From Flaccisagitta enflata (lineage: Eukaryota), in assembly GCA_965153355.1 (NCBI GenBank), contig OZ231126.1, positions 3,410,001 through 3,474,000 of the forward strand: a stretch of 64,000 nucleotides of DNA. The letters are read 5' to 3'. Position numbers and translations under genes: made by a program. Below, in pieces: positions 1 through 12,222 of the stretch. Positions within the stretch are counted from its first letter, which is position 1; every line of letters begins with the position of its first letter. The notes beneath the pieces were generated by a model. That model saw only the letters and a list, made by a program, of their open reading frames with translations, was not told the DNA's origin and did not search any database.

Positions 1-368
1 TGGGAATTTTGCATTTTTTTAATTTCTTGTCAATTTGCCATGTTATTCAATGGAAATTCTACATTTTTCTCAGTTTTCATCAATTTTCCATGTTATTCAA
101 TGGGAAACAGACATTTTTTTGTTCTTTTGTAAACTTTCCAAGTTATTCAATGGGTAGTTTGCATTCTGTCAATTTCCCATGTTATTTGATGGGAATTTGA
201 GGCTTGAGAAGCTTCAGGGGGGGGGACGTACATACGGATGGACGGACGGACGGACGGACGGATGGACGTATGGAAATTCACCTCTGTGTCCTACAGGACA
301 TCGGCCCTTTGGGGCCGCTGCCCAAAAAGGATGTTACTTAATCAAAAGCGTGTATGTATATGCAGTAG

Positions 369-959
369 TAATAGTCGCAAAAACGTTAGATGGTCAGCGG
401 TACCCGTGCCCTGCCTAAGTAGGTTGTGCTTGAGGTTGAGGGGGGAGCAGGGCAGCGGCCCCAAGGAGTTGATGACCTTTGCTTTCACACATGTGGGGGA
501 TTTTCCCTCCTCCTCCGTCCCTCCCCCCTCAAATCCCAGTCTTGAGGCCCAAATCCCAGCCTCCAGGCTCAATTCCCAGTCTCAAGGCCCAAAACTCAGC
601 CTCAAGGCCCAAATCCTAGCCTCAAGGCCCAAATCCTAGCCTGGAGGCCCAGATCCCAGCCTTGAGGCCCAAATCTCAGCCTCGAGGCTGGAATCTGGGC
701 CTTTTTGCTGAGATTTAGATCTTGAGGCTGAGATTTGGGCCTCAAGGCTGGGATCCGGGCCTCCAGGGTAGGATTTGGCCCATGAGGCTAGGATTTGGGC
801 CTTGAGGCTGAGTTTTGGGCCTCAAGACTGGGGTTTGAGCCTCAAGGCTGGGATTTGGGCCTCGAGACTGGGATTTGAGGGGGGGGATGAAGGAGGAGAA
901 AATCCCCCATATGTGTGAAAGCACAGGTCATCGACCCCTCCAGGGCAGCTGCCCAAAAA
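369..959 (-). mobile_element. Helentron/DINE-1-like non-autonomous element (long family)
   Basis: Subterminal inverted repeats (gggcagcggcccc..gatgacct..gctttcacacat versus its complement at about 900-955), central 21-bp repeats that switch orientation near 690, and a tail shared with 11788-12222. Confidence 0.65.
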
Positions 960-1049
960 GTAGGTGAGCTTTTACATGAGTTTGGGTTCAGTTTAAGTAC
1001 CAAGGTCTATGTAACATGCGGTTTTAACCCTCTCTCTTGCTTTTCACAG

Positions 1050-1192
1050 GTCCTTCCAACATGGATTTCCTTCCATCTTCTTGCTTAATCAACTTAATCC
1101 AAGAATTGTTAAATTGGAATAGTGGTGGAAAAGGATACCCATGAACATAGGACAAGATACATGTGATACAATTCATTTGACCTGATTTCAAG
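1050..1192 (+). other. Putative 5' non-coding exon of the NACHT-Kelch gene
   Basis: Acceptor ctcttgcttttcacag|G at 1049/1050 and donor CAAG|gtaaga at 1192/1193; candidate downstream acceptor tccctttgcccag at 1953, just before ATG 1976. No transcript evidence. Confidence 0.4.
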
Positions 1193-1975
1193 GTAAGACG
1201 GTAATTAAATTTTTTTCTTGATACGCGATGTCAAATGATGAATAGTGATAAAAAAGGATTTGATACAATATTCAGTTGTATGTTTACGTTCAGGTGGACA
1301 TGGGCCACTATGCAAAGATATTCATGCAGTTGGGAAGCGGTCATGATGTAAAATACAGAACATGACCAAGTGACCTGGGAAAAGTCATGATTGAGAGAAA
1401 GATGGTCTAGTGAGCGAAAACAGTTGTTGAATAGTTATAAATCTTAGTACTATTAAGATGACTGTTCGGACAAGAGAAGAGAATGAGCATTATTGAAGAC
1501 AGAATGTTACGTTTTGCTAAAGCATCAGGCACATAAACAACAAGATACTCTCATACAGATGAGAATATGGTCATAATTGAGAACAAATGTGCGCAGCTAT
1601 CATTGACCACGGGAATGGGTGTGCCTATATGACTAGCGGAACAATACGCCTCACCATACCCAAACTGAATTAAATGGAAGGGGGCCTCCATCCAGCCTAG
1701 TAGCAAACTGCTTACCAAAAGTAGCAAAGGAGTGCTTAACCAAAATTGTTATGTTACACGGATATGATAAAACATTTGAACGCGGTTAACAAGAGACGAA
1801 AGGGGTGTTCTTGTAACGACGAACCTGATGGCATATTTTTGTCAATACTTTAGACCCTGATGGGTTTTTCATTTCACGGTTTGTGCTCTCGGGTCAGCAT
1901 CAGATTTGCCACTCGGTCTGTGCGATTTTATATCCAAGATTCCCTTTGCCCAGTAACGGTAAACCATATCCAAAT

Positions 1976-4674
1976 ATGAAGCCGACAGATCCTAACTCCC
2001 CGGTGTCAATGCTGCCGGCGGAACATTTCCCATTCGGAGAAGACTGCAAATTGACGCGATTGTTTCAATCGGTCCTTTTTCATCATGACGTTCAACCCGA
2101 AATTGTAGATATCTTACAAGAGCAGGAAATCTTCTCGCTTGAGGAGGTACGTCTCGCTGACCCGGATGGCAATCAGGAGAGCCAGAATCTCTTTCAGGAG
2201 ATTGCAAATCAAGTTACTCCTCCCGTGCGTCGTCTCAGATTGAAGAAAGCCTTTCGCCGAATGCTCTGTCCGGATCCATTGGTGGCCATCCATGAATTGC
2301 CTTCTGTCGCTGATCACACCTCCTCTAACGTGAACGCTATTACTACGGGCTCTACCGCCATTGATGACGCCTCCTCCACTGAAGACAGAAAGGGGAAACA
2401 AGAGGTGGCGAACAACATGAATGTTACGGTCAAGAATTCGACTGTACAAGAACAAGTTAATGCAGGCACAGTCATTAAAAATGTAAATGTAACAGATAGC
2501 GCCAAGGAACTGGGAGAAGATTATTTGAATAAATTAGAAACAGAATTTCGAGAATATCTGAAAGAAAACATTAAAAATTATCATGGAGAAATCTCCATTC
2601 CGGCTTCCAAACAACGAGCAAAGTTGAGTGAAGCTGTTCTTAATTTGAAAGTAAAGCTAAAAAAAGAACCCGAGGAATCGCAAATTATCCAAGAAACGAA
2701 TGTATCTAACGAATCAGAATTTGCTCAATATTCTGATTCTGATTCTGATTGTTCCGATTATTCTTATTCTTATTCTTATTCTTATTCTGATTCTGATTCT
2801 GATACTCAAACATCATTACCAATACCAGAGTCAGAGATGCAAGGTGCAAATTCTGAATCGGTGCCAGATACTGAAACCGACATGCCATATCAACTATCAG
2901 GATACACACCAGATGAGAACCTGGATGAAGAAAGTTCTGATGATTTTCAGGAGCCAGTTGAGTTCATTGAAATATGTTCCACCATTGAAAGTGGTAATAG
3001 GCTTGTGATAATAACAGCTCCCGGAGGAAGAGGAAAAACCACAATTGCCAAGAAGATAATGTGGTGTTGGGGAAACGATACCTACTTTCAACTCCAAGGC
3101 TTTTCCATGGTCATTTGGATCGATGCAAAGTACATTGACAATGATAGCAACCTCTTTGAAAATTTTGTGAAGCAATACAACTTCATCGAGGGAAAATTTT
3201 CACCATCTAAATGGAAGAATTTACCCGAAGTGATCCGACAAATTCAAGAGCGAATCGTTTGGATGGTGGATGGCCTCGATGAAAGCGCAAATCATTCACT
3301 AATGGAAACATTCATCAAAACAGAGATTGGCCGCTATGAAAAAAGTTCATTTATCTTTCTGACAAGAGAGGAGGGAAAAGAAATCCTGGGGCCAATTGCT
3401 GATCGCGCGGTTGAATTTACTCTCTGCAATCTTGATGAAAACCTATGCCAGGAATTCATCAAAGTGTACCCTTTCTCAGAGAACAAATTTGAGAAAACAG
3501 AAGAATTATCATCTCAGTTACAAATCAATGTGGCGCTCAAGTCGATGTTTTCAGTCCCAATCAACGCCGCTATGATATGTCGTCTGTTTGATGATAAGGG
3601 ATTTGACGGTTATATCAAGGACGAATTGGACATCATTGGGAAAAACCTCGCAATGAACATAAAAGCCGCTCAGTTCAAGCAAATTGAAGGACAACTGGCT
3701 AAGGATTATGTCAGCAAAGAGGAAAAGGAGCGTCTGGATAGGAAAAAACGAAAGCTACTTGAAACCCCAATTGATGAAGTGCATAAGAAAAACAAGGAGG
3801 CGCTCATCAAGCTAGGACATGCCATTTACAAATGTAATGGCAACTCAGTGATAGGGTTTACCAATTTGAAGGAATGGATGATTGAGGAAGCATTACAGGA
3901 CCTTAATGTGACTGAGGAGGATAGGTCTCTCATATTAAGATTGGATATTTTTGAGAAAATACTTGATGGCGACCAAACAATACTGCGTTTTTACCATCGA
4001 AACATCCGCGAATATCTTGTCAGTTTGTTCCTGATCAGCGACACAGACAGAGACTTAGTCCTACCAAGAGAAAAAGGAAAACTGCAAGATGCTCATCTCG
4101 CCATTTTCAAATGCGCTGCGGCGCAGTTGTTCAGTTGTTTAGACCTTGACGGCAAATTTGTGATAGATCAGCTCTGCAAACTCATTAAATATATCTTTGA
4201 AAGCTGCAAAGAGGCTGATGAATGGCGACTTTTGGAAATCATCTTTGAAGCGATTTTTTATGCGACGCAAAGACCAGAAATGAAGAATGATCTTCAGACT
4301 GTTTTGCTTTATGTTATCAAAGTTGCCAAGAAGCAATCGTTTCCAATCAATCCAAATTGGGCTGATGCCATTAACAAAGGCATCCTTGATGCTATTGTGA
4401 CTCATGCCAAAGATCTCGAAAACTATGACTGCCAAAGTTGCATATCACTGACGGTATTCAGCAGACGCATGAGATCGCTGTTTCAGCGGGAAAGGACGTC
4501 AATGTACAACTGGCCGGAAAATCAACCCGTTGTTATCATTCCATTTGTGGCAAAGACCGATGAATACATCGTCATAAATCTCCCAACGGAATCTGGAGCC
4601 AAACATGTTACCCAAGGGTTCCAATCCTTACTTTTGAAAAAAAATGGTATGCTATGTTATGCTCTTTCTCTCCT

Positions 4675-4758
<84 letters not shown>

Positions 4759-5822
4759 TCCTCCACATTCACACGGACTCTGTTTCATTGTCAAACTCTA
4801 TGTTTTTGTGTTCTTTTCCAGATACTATTACCTCCCCAATACCTCTTCAATACTGTGAGACGGATTTTCAATCCAGATTTGGATCATATGGAGTGATCGC
4901 CGAATGCATAGATGGAAACATTTTTGTCTGGGGCGGCGTCAGTCAAAAAAAGGTTTATATTTACAATGTCAAAGAGAAATCTTGGAAAACCTTCAATACA
5001 TCAGGTGAAGTTCATCCTGGGTATATATACGCCGCGAGCGTAGAGCTGAATCGTCTCATTTACCTATTCGGCGGTTGGCCGGATTCAAATCGCCTTTCGA
5101 GTCTCTCTCTCACTGGGGAATTCCGCCGAGTTCCCATCAAGGATGACTCGATGCCGTATCCGCGGAATAGGTCAGTCGGTTGGACTTATAATGGCAACCT
5201 CTATTTTGCGTTTGGGCACAGCTGGGGACCTAGAGGGAACCAGCCCAAGCGTGAATTTATCAAAGGCGGGGCCTGGACCAGTGGAGATGGCGAAGGTTTT
5301 ACGAATGAGGTTTTGAAATTTGATTTGAGAGAAAAGTCCTTTTCCTTTTTGACGACGAAGGGACCTTCGCCTGCACCTCGCGAGGATTGCGGATTCGCAA
5401 AGCTGCCGACGAAAGTTTTCATTCATGGCGGTGGTGGTGTGAAGGCGCGCGTGCGTGCGTGTTTGCGTGACTTTTTTGTGTTAGACTTGATATCCAATGA
5501 ATGGACTGAATTGAAAGACTATGGTCTCCCTTTCGCCAAACAAGGGCAATCATTGACAGCATTAGGTCCCCGGCAAATCATGCTTATGGGAGGGTATGAG
5601 ACGAATGGTGGGAATCCCTCAAATGCTGTTAAGATTTACGATTTGGCCACTTCCATCTGGAAAGAAGACCAAACGCTGTCGCTTGTATTCCCTGGCAGAA
5701 GTGGAGGACCAGTTGGGCATAAGTCAGTTGCTGTTAAAGAAAATGAGCGGGTTACCAAAGTAATTACGTTTGGAGGCACATCCCACCTCCTAGAATTTGA
5801 CGTGGAAGCCACAAGCCAGTAA
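1976..5822 (+). CDS. NLR-like STAND protein: SAM-like N-terminus, acidic linker, NACHT NTPase, helical region, 6-blade Kelch propeller (1223 aa; exons 1976-4646, 4822-5822)
   Basis: NACHT motifs: Walker A ITAPGGRGKTT, Walker B WMVDGLDES, sensor FIFLTR, VPINAAMIC, winged-helix FYHRNIREYL. Phase-1 intron AATG|gtatgc..(tttc)n..ttccag|ATACT joins the 991-aa and 392-aa ORFs in frame (..KKN-D-TITSP..). Kelch GG motifs: IFVWGG, IYLFGG, LYFAFG, VFIHGG, IMLMGG, VITFGG. First in-frame ATG is at 1976. Confidence 0.85.
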
Positions 5823-6727
5823 CTAAGTGATAGATAGTTTGAGCTATGGATTCAGAGGCTATACTCCTTGTAAACATAATCTCTGGATTAACTACACCAG
5901 GCCGCGTTTCTGAAAAATCAAAGATGTTTCTTATTTTGCAAAAATGATTTCAAGTTGTTTCACAGTAAGTCAGTATCTTTGAAAAAAAAAGTCTGAAAAG
6001 AATTTGACTTGTCAGGCAGATGACCCAGTAACGTCTTTAGGTTGGATTGGAAAGTTGTAAACCTTTATAGCTTGAAAAATATTGGGCAAAAATTCTTTAA
6101 ATTTTCAATGTATGTTGGTAATAATCAAGCCAAGTCTCAATATTGGTCGGTTGGACACATTTTATTTTTTCATATTTTGCGGTCTTTGGCCTCACTGCCC
6201 CAGCCCCAATGCTCCCATGACTTCGAATACAGCCCCTGCCCATCCGCACACAACTGGGGTAGCCGTGCTCCAGGTCTCGTTCCTTTTGTTTTCTTTTTGT
6301 TCCTCGAAAATGTTAAAATGAACTTCTATGCAATACCATTCTGTTTAAACTCTTATCTAATTTCATTTTCAAATTCTTTGAGTGAAAGCCGTTTGATTTA
6401 TGTGCTGCACCATATAGTTTTACCTTTAAATAAAACATCTCTTATGGAAATATTTGGAATATCGGAATTGCAGCTTTACAAATAATAACCGCGCCGACAC
6501 GACTAAAAAAGATTCATTACCAAAGATCAACGCAAATATTTCCTTGGAATCATTAACCTATCTGACGAGTGCAACAATTCATCCTATTTGTAACTTATGT
6601 GAGGCAGGCTGCTGAAAGCTGCTGGGACAGTCAAATTGAGAGTTGGGCAAGGCCAAGGCCAAGGGCTCATTTGCGTTTGAAAGAATTCATGAAGGAGCAA
6701 AAATGAACCTCCGTGGGAATGTGCCAC

Positions 6728-7213
6728 TAGGGTGTGTCAAAAGATAAAAATCACCTTTGATCAGATCATCAACATCAGGATGTGTAAACAAAATAATTTC
6801 ATTTATCTTCAGTTTTTTCCAAAAAAAACTTTTTAGCTGCTAATTTGTATATTGCTGTGTTATTGATTTTATATCAGAATTATTGTTCATAAATATATTA
6901 AAGGCGCTATTTAAATGTTTTGGTTTGATTTCTAATTGGGGTTAGGTAAAAGTTGTTTTTTTATCACAGAATTCATAAAAAGGAATAAAACTTGATATTC
7001 TTTGTTGAAGTTTTGGGTCTTATCTTCAACAAAACTAGGTGGAGACTCTGAAAGTATCCGTATATATATTTTTGACAATCATATCCTGTGCCAAAAAAAA
7101 TGGAAGATAACTGAAATTAAAAAAAAAATGCTAAAAGTCTTAATTTGTTTTGTTTACGCTCCCTGATATTGATGATCTGATCAAAGATACTTTTTATTTT
7201 CTGACACACCCGA
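6728..7213. mobile_element. MITE with long TIRs and 9-bp TSD
   Basis: TIR tagggtgtgtcaaaagataaaa..tttgatcagatcatcaa / ttgatgatctgatcaaag..ctgacacacccga; TSD atgtgccac at 6719-6727 and 7214-7222. Confidence 0.85.
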
Positions 7214-8423
7214 ATGTGCCACGGCCATCATCTAGCAGTATTGGGCAGGCTGGCCCGCGTGTTGGATAAATGACAAAAAGCAGTAAATAATCAATAATCC
7301 TCTCTTGCTTTCTTCTCTTCTTACATTCGATTTTGATTATTTTTTGTGACTTGTACCTTGGGAAATGGTGACGGGACGCCTAAACCAGCCAAGCTTTAAG
7401 TGATGGTTGTAATCAAAAAATCAAAAGCCGCTCAACTATATGCATACACCCCTGTTTAAACATGCTGCCCACTTTCGATGAATTAAAGAGATGGTGAAGA
7501 GGGTGTTTGGTCGTTGCTTTTAAATTGACCAATTTCACGGTTGTAATCCATCATGACCATTTTACACTGTGTACTCATTGTAAGTCGTTGATATCTTGCA
7601 TTAACTTAGGAAACACTAGCGACATAACAGACATAATAGTAGCATTCAGATCATTCCCATTTTCAAAAGCATTTAATGCTAAGTTGTAAGGTTTTTTTTC
7701 TGAAAACGTCATAAACTGGCGGATTGTTGGATCTAGACAAATTGACAAACTGACCTAAACTTGTGCTCATTGTAAAGCGCTAAGTCTGCTCTTTAAAATG
7801 ACCCCAAGTTAAGGTCAATTCGTTAATTTGTTTAGGAGATACACCGTTTTCATATCGATTTGAATTTTCAGTGAATATTGTTAACATATGACGGTTTTGT
7901 ATTATATATGAGTACTGAATAATTGAGTCAAGCCAGGGGCTAGTCGAGGAATTCCGGGCCCCTACACAATAAAAAATCCGCCCCCCCAATTTTCACGTAA
8001 ATGCCGGCCCAATGATAGCACATGCTGTTTTTTTTTTTTTTAATTTTTATTTTCTTTTTCTTTTTTTTTCCTGGTTTTCTTTTTTCCCTCTTTCTTTGTT
8101 TTCCTTTTTCTTTTTTTCCTCTTTTTTTTCTTTTATTTTCTCTCTCTTTTTTTCCTTCCTCTTTTCTCTTTTTCCTTCTTTTGGGCAGCAGCCGTGGAGG
8201 GGCTGATGACCTATGATTCCACATAGGGCAAATTCTCCGGTTTCCGTCTATCCGTCATTCCATCCGTCTGTCAGTCCATCCATCCGTCCGTCCGTCCGTC
8301 CGTCCGTCTGTCCGTCCGTCCGTCCGTCCGTCCGTCCGTCCGTCCGTCCGTCCGTCCGTCCGTCCATCCGTCTGTCTGTTTGTCTGTCAGTCCATCCGTC
8401 TGTCTGTCCCCTCCAAGCCTGAA

Positions 8424-9074
8424 CATTAGCTTGTACCGAAATGACAGAAAACAATAAAATCAGATGTCCACGAGTAGTTCTTGTTGTGAGGCTGTCTTGG
8501 GCTTCTAATGACATCAATTTCAGATTGAAAATTTTGCATCTTGCTTGCCGCGCCTTACCTTGAAATTTCCTTTAGCCTATAGGAAACCAAAAAATTCAAG
8601 TTACTAAAATCCCATTTTTGACTGCATATTTGAAATCTGCATGAAAAACTGATAATTGAAAGTGCTCTCCTTTTTACAAAATTCCTTCGGGATCATAATC
8701 AAAATTCATCTTGAAGATATGACAAAAAGGTAAGTTTAGCAATTTTACAAAAAAATAAAAGAGAAAGGTAAGTTTTGCAAACTTTGACGCTTATTTTGAG
8801 CACCTTCTAGTTGGAATATTGAAAAAAGGAAAGCACTCTCAATTAACAGTTTTTTCTGCAGATTTCAAATCTGCAGTTAAAACAGAGATTTAAGCACTTT
8901 GAAATTTTTGGTTCCTCATAGAGGTAGGTTTTACCAAGGGTAAGACGCGGAAAGCTTAAAGTAGGATTTGAGTGGCAAAACTGATCTTAACAGGAGGCCA
9001 AGACAGCCCCACAGCATAAAGTGCATGTAGAATGCCAAATTTATCACTTTTCGTCATTTAGGTACAAGTTACTG
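8424..9074. mobile_element. TIR MITE nested in the Helentron-like element
   Basis: TIR cattagcttgtaccgaaatgac / gtcatttaggtacaagttactg, with further internal inverted similarity. Confidence 0.65.
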
Positions 9075-9376
9075 AACATGGCCTCCTGGGCCTTAAATTA
9101 GGCCTTTCAGACCCCAAATCAGGCCTATCAGATCCCCTATCAGGCCTTCCAGTCCTCAATTTAGGCCTCTCAGAACCTCAATCAGGCTTTTCAGACGCCA
9201 ATGCAGGCTTTCCAGGCCTCAAATTAGGCCTCTTAGAATCCTAATCAGTTATCTCAGAACCCCAATCAAGCCTTTTAGATCGAAAATCAGACCTTGACAG
9301 ACTCCAAATTAGGCTTCTTGGACCCCTGATTAGGCCATCCAGACCTCAAATCAGGCCTCTCAGACCCTAATTCAGG

Positions 9377-10165
9377 CTTTTGGGCAGCGGCCCCAAAGGG
9401 GACAAAGTCCTGTAGAACACAGGGGGACTTTCGTTTGTCCGTCCGTCCGTCCGTCCGTCCATCCGTCTGTCCGTCCGTCCGTCCGTCCGTCCGTCCGTCC
9501 GTCCGTCCGTCCGTCCGTTCGTCCGTTAGTCCCCCCTTCATCAAACCCCTCCGGCCTCAAATCTGGCCTCAGGCCGCAAATCCAGCCTCTCAGGTCTCAA
9601 ATTCAGCCTCCCAGGCCTCAAATCTGGCCTCTCAGGCCACAAATTTGGCCTCTCAGGCCACAAATCTGGCCTCTCAGGCCACAAATCTGGCCTCCAGGCC
9701 TCAGATCTGGCTTCTCAGGCCTCAAACCTGGCCTCCAGGCCTCAGATCTGGCTTTTCAGGCCTCAAACTTGGCCTCTCATGCCTCAAATTAGGCCTCTCA
9801 GGCCTCAAATTAGCCATCTAAACCTCTATATATTGCTCCCACGCTTCAAGTCAGTCCTCTGGCCTTTCATCCCTTAATCCAGCTCTCTCAAGCCTCAAGT
9901 TAGCCCTCTCAAGCTTCCAATCGGCATTCTGAGGCCTTATATCAGCCTTCTTAGACCTCAGTTTAGGCTCTTGAATGCCTTCAGTCAACCCTCTATAGCA
10001 TCTCATCCACTTCTTCAGGTAGAACGAACGAAAGTCCCCCTGTGTTCTACAGGACTTCGTCCCCTTCGGGGCCGCTGCCCTGCTTCCCCTCACTCCAATT
10101 CACAATCACTCAAAGCAGGGCAACGGGTATCGCTGACCACATATTGCCCTTGGGCGACCTGTTCA
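9377..10165 (+). mobile_element. Helentron/DINE-1-like element (long family)
   Basis: About 55-bp subterminal IR gggcagcggcccc..gtcctgtagaacacagggggactttcgt, (CCGT)n, 21-bp repeats, 3' tail ending gggcgacctgtt. Confidence 0.7.
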
Positions 10166-10200
10166 GTACCTAATTCAGTCCTCTCAGATCCAAATCAGGC

Positions 10201-10806
10201 CTTTTGGGCAGCGGCCCCGAAGGGGATGAAGTCCTGTAGAACACAGGGGGACTTTCATTTGTCCATTCCTTCATTTGTTCGTCCCCCCTCATCAGGCCCC
10301 TCAGGCCTCAAATTTGGTCCCTGAGACCTCAAATCTGGCCTCTCAGGCCTCAAATCCAGCCCTTCAGGCCTCAAATCCAACCTCAAACCTGGCCTCTCTG
10401 GCCTCAAATTAGGCTTCTCAGGCCTAAAATCCAAATTCTCAGGTCTCAAACCTAGCCTCTCAGGCCTCAAATTAATCAGCTATCTAAGCCTCAATCTATT
10501 GCTCTCAGTCCTCTGACCTTCCAAGGCTTAATCCAGCTCTCTCAAGGCTCAAGTCAGCCCTCTCAAGCTTCAGATTGACACTATCAGGCTTTTCATCAGC
10601 CTTCTTAGAACTCAATTTAGGCTCTTGAAGGCCTCTATATCATCTCATCCACTTCTTCAGGCAGGACGAACGAAAGTCCCCCTGTGTTCTACAGGACTTC
10701 GTCCCCTTTGGGGCCGCTGCCCGGCTTCCTCTCACTCCAATTAACAATCCCTAAAAGCAGGGCAACTGGTATCGCTGACCACATATTGCCCTTGGGCGAC
10801 CTGTTC
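10201..10806 (+). mobile_element. Helentron/DINE-1-like element (second copy)
   Basis: Same architecture and near-identical termini to 9377-10165. Confidence 0.7.
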
Positions 10807-11787
10807 AGACCCTAAATCAGGCCTTCCCAGCCCATAATCAGGCCTCAAGCTCTGAATTAGACCCAGAATCAGGCCTCTAAGCCCTCAAACCAACTTCTCA
10901 AACCTCTCAGTCTCAGACCCCAAATCAGGCATCTTAGACCTGAAATCAGGCAACTCAGACCTCAAATCAGGCTACTTGGACCCAACATCAGGTATTAAAG
11001 ACCCTTCAATTGTCCAGCATAGAAATTTAGGTCATCGGCCCCTCCGGAGCTGCTGGCCCACTCATCTCATGCCAACATAAACTAACAAAGGGGCATCGGG
11101 TACCGCTGACCATGTAACGTTTTTGCGACTATTTTCTCTTCATTTCTTAAACCATTCAGGGGCCCTTCAGGCCCCCCTGCGGCCCAGGCCCCCATAATTT
11201 GTATAGGGTATATAGGCCTCAACAGGCCTCTGGGCCAAGCAAAACACCAAAAAGAACTCCCACTTTTTGAGCCACTGTCATTTTTTCCCAGCTTTCTATT
11301 ATTGTTTTTAATCGCGACTCTACACCTTGCTCCGACGGTAGGTCGGTAGGTCCGTAACAAACCTTGTTGAATTCCGAGCGGTTTATGCATTACTGCTCCT
11401 GCCCAACCGTCCGCGACTGCATCGCCGTGTATCCAGCCTTGTTTTCCAAACATATTGACCTTAAACCCTAAGATTGGTCAAATCATCATTCATCGTACCA
11501 AACAAGAAAAATCACTATAATTTTCACAAATGTAATGAAAACAGTCAAATCTTCCAGCAAAAGGGAAGTCTGAATTATCATTTGTAATCTAGAATTGTTC
11601 TTAGGGTTCCAATTCTATCCTTTTGGGATCTACGGGCTGAAAATTACAAGTTTCTTTGAAAAAGACATGGCCGGATACACGGCTACCCTAGTCGCGTGCG
11701 GGTGAGCAGGAGCAGTGCTGGAGAAGGTCAATAGGGCATCTGGGCAGGAGCCGTATGCTCAAAAACCTAAAAAACGTCGAAAAAGTA

Positions 11788-12222
11788 ATAGTCGCAAAAG
11801 CGTCAGATGGTCAGCGGAACCCTTGCCCTGCCTAAGTAGGTTGTGCTTGAAGTTGAGGGGGAGCAGGGCAGCGGCAGAGGGGTCGATGACCTATGCTTTC
11901 ACACATATGGGGAATTTTCTCCTCCTCCTACGTCCGTGCCTCCATTCATTCCCCCCCCCCCCTGGCTCAAATCCTAGCCAGGCTGGGATTTAGGCCGCAT
12001 GGGTGAGATTTGAGCCTCGAGGGTGAGATTTGAGCCTTGAGGATGGGATTTGAGCCTCAAGGCTGGGATTTGGGCCTTGAGACGGGGATTTGGGCCTTTA
12101 GGCTAAAATTTGAGTCAGGGGCGATGGATGGACGGACGGACGGACAGACGTACGAGGAGGAGAAAATTCCCCATTTGTGTGAAAGCATAGATCATCAACC
12201 CTTTTGGGGCCGCTGTCCAAAA
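11788..12222 (-). mobile_element. Helentron/DINE-1-like element (long family)
   Basis: Terminal region of about 150 bp closely matches 369-520; inverted subterminal repeat; (GGAC)n. Confidence 0.65.

Larger units (their letters stand above)
8180..11135 (+). mobile_element. Helentron-like host element carrying three nested insertions
   Basis: 5' ttttgggcagcagccgtggaggggctgatgacct matches its inverted copy at 11029-11059; (CCGT)n; 21-bp repeats; 3' tail ..cgctgaccatgtaacgtttttgcgactatt. Confidence 0.6.

Noticed and set aside
1200-1830. Non-repetitive, coding-looking stretch upstream of the NACHT ORF (possible decayed TE or viral ORF)
   Set aside because: Multiple stops and no motif I can identify; needs a translated search.
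4647-4858. Hydrophobic C-terminus of the 991-aa ORF as a transmembrane anchor
   Set aside because: It is translated intronic (TTTC)n; splicing gives an in-frame fusion to the Kelch exon.
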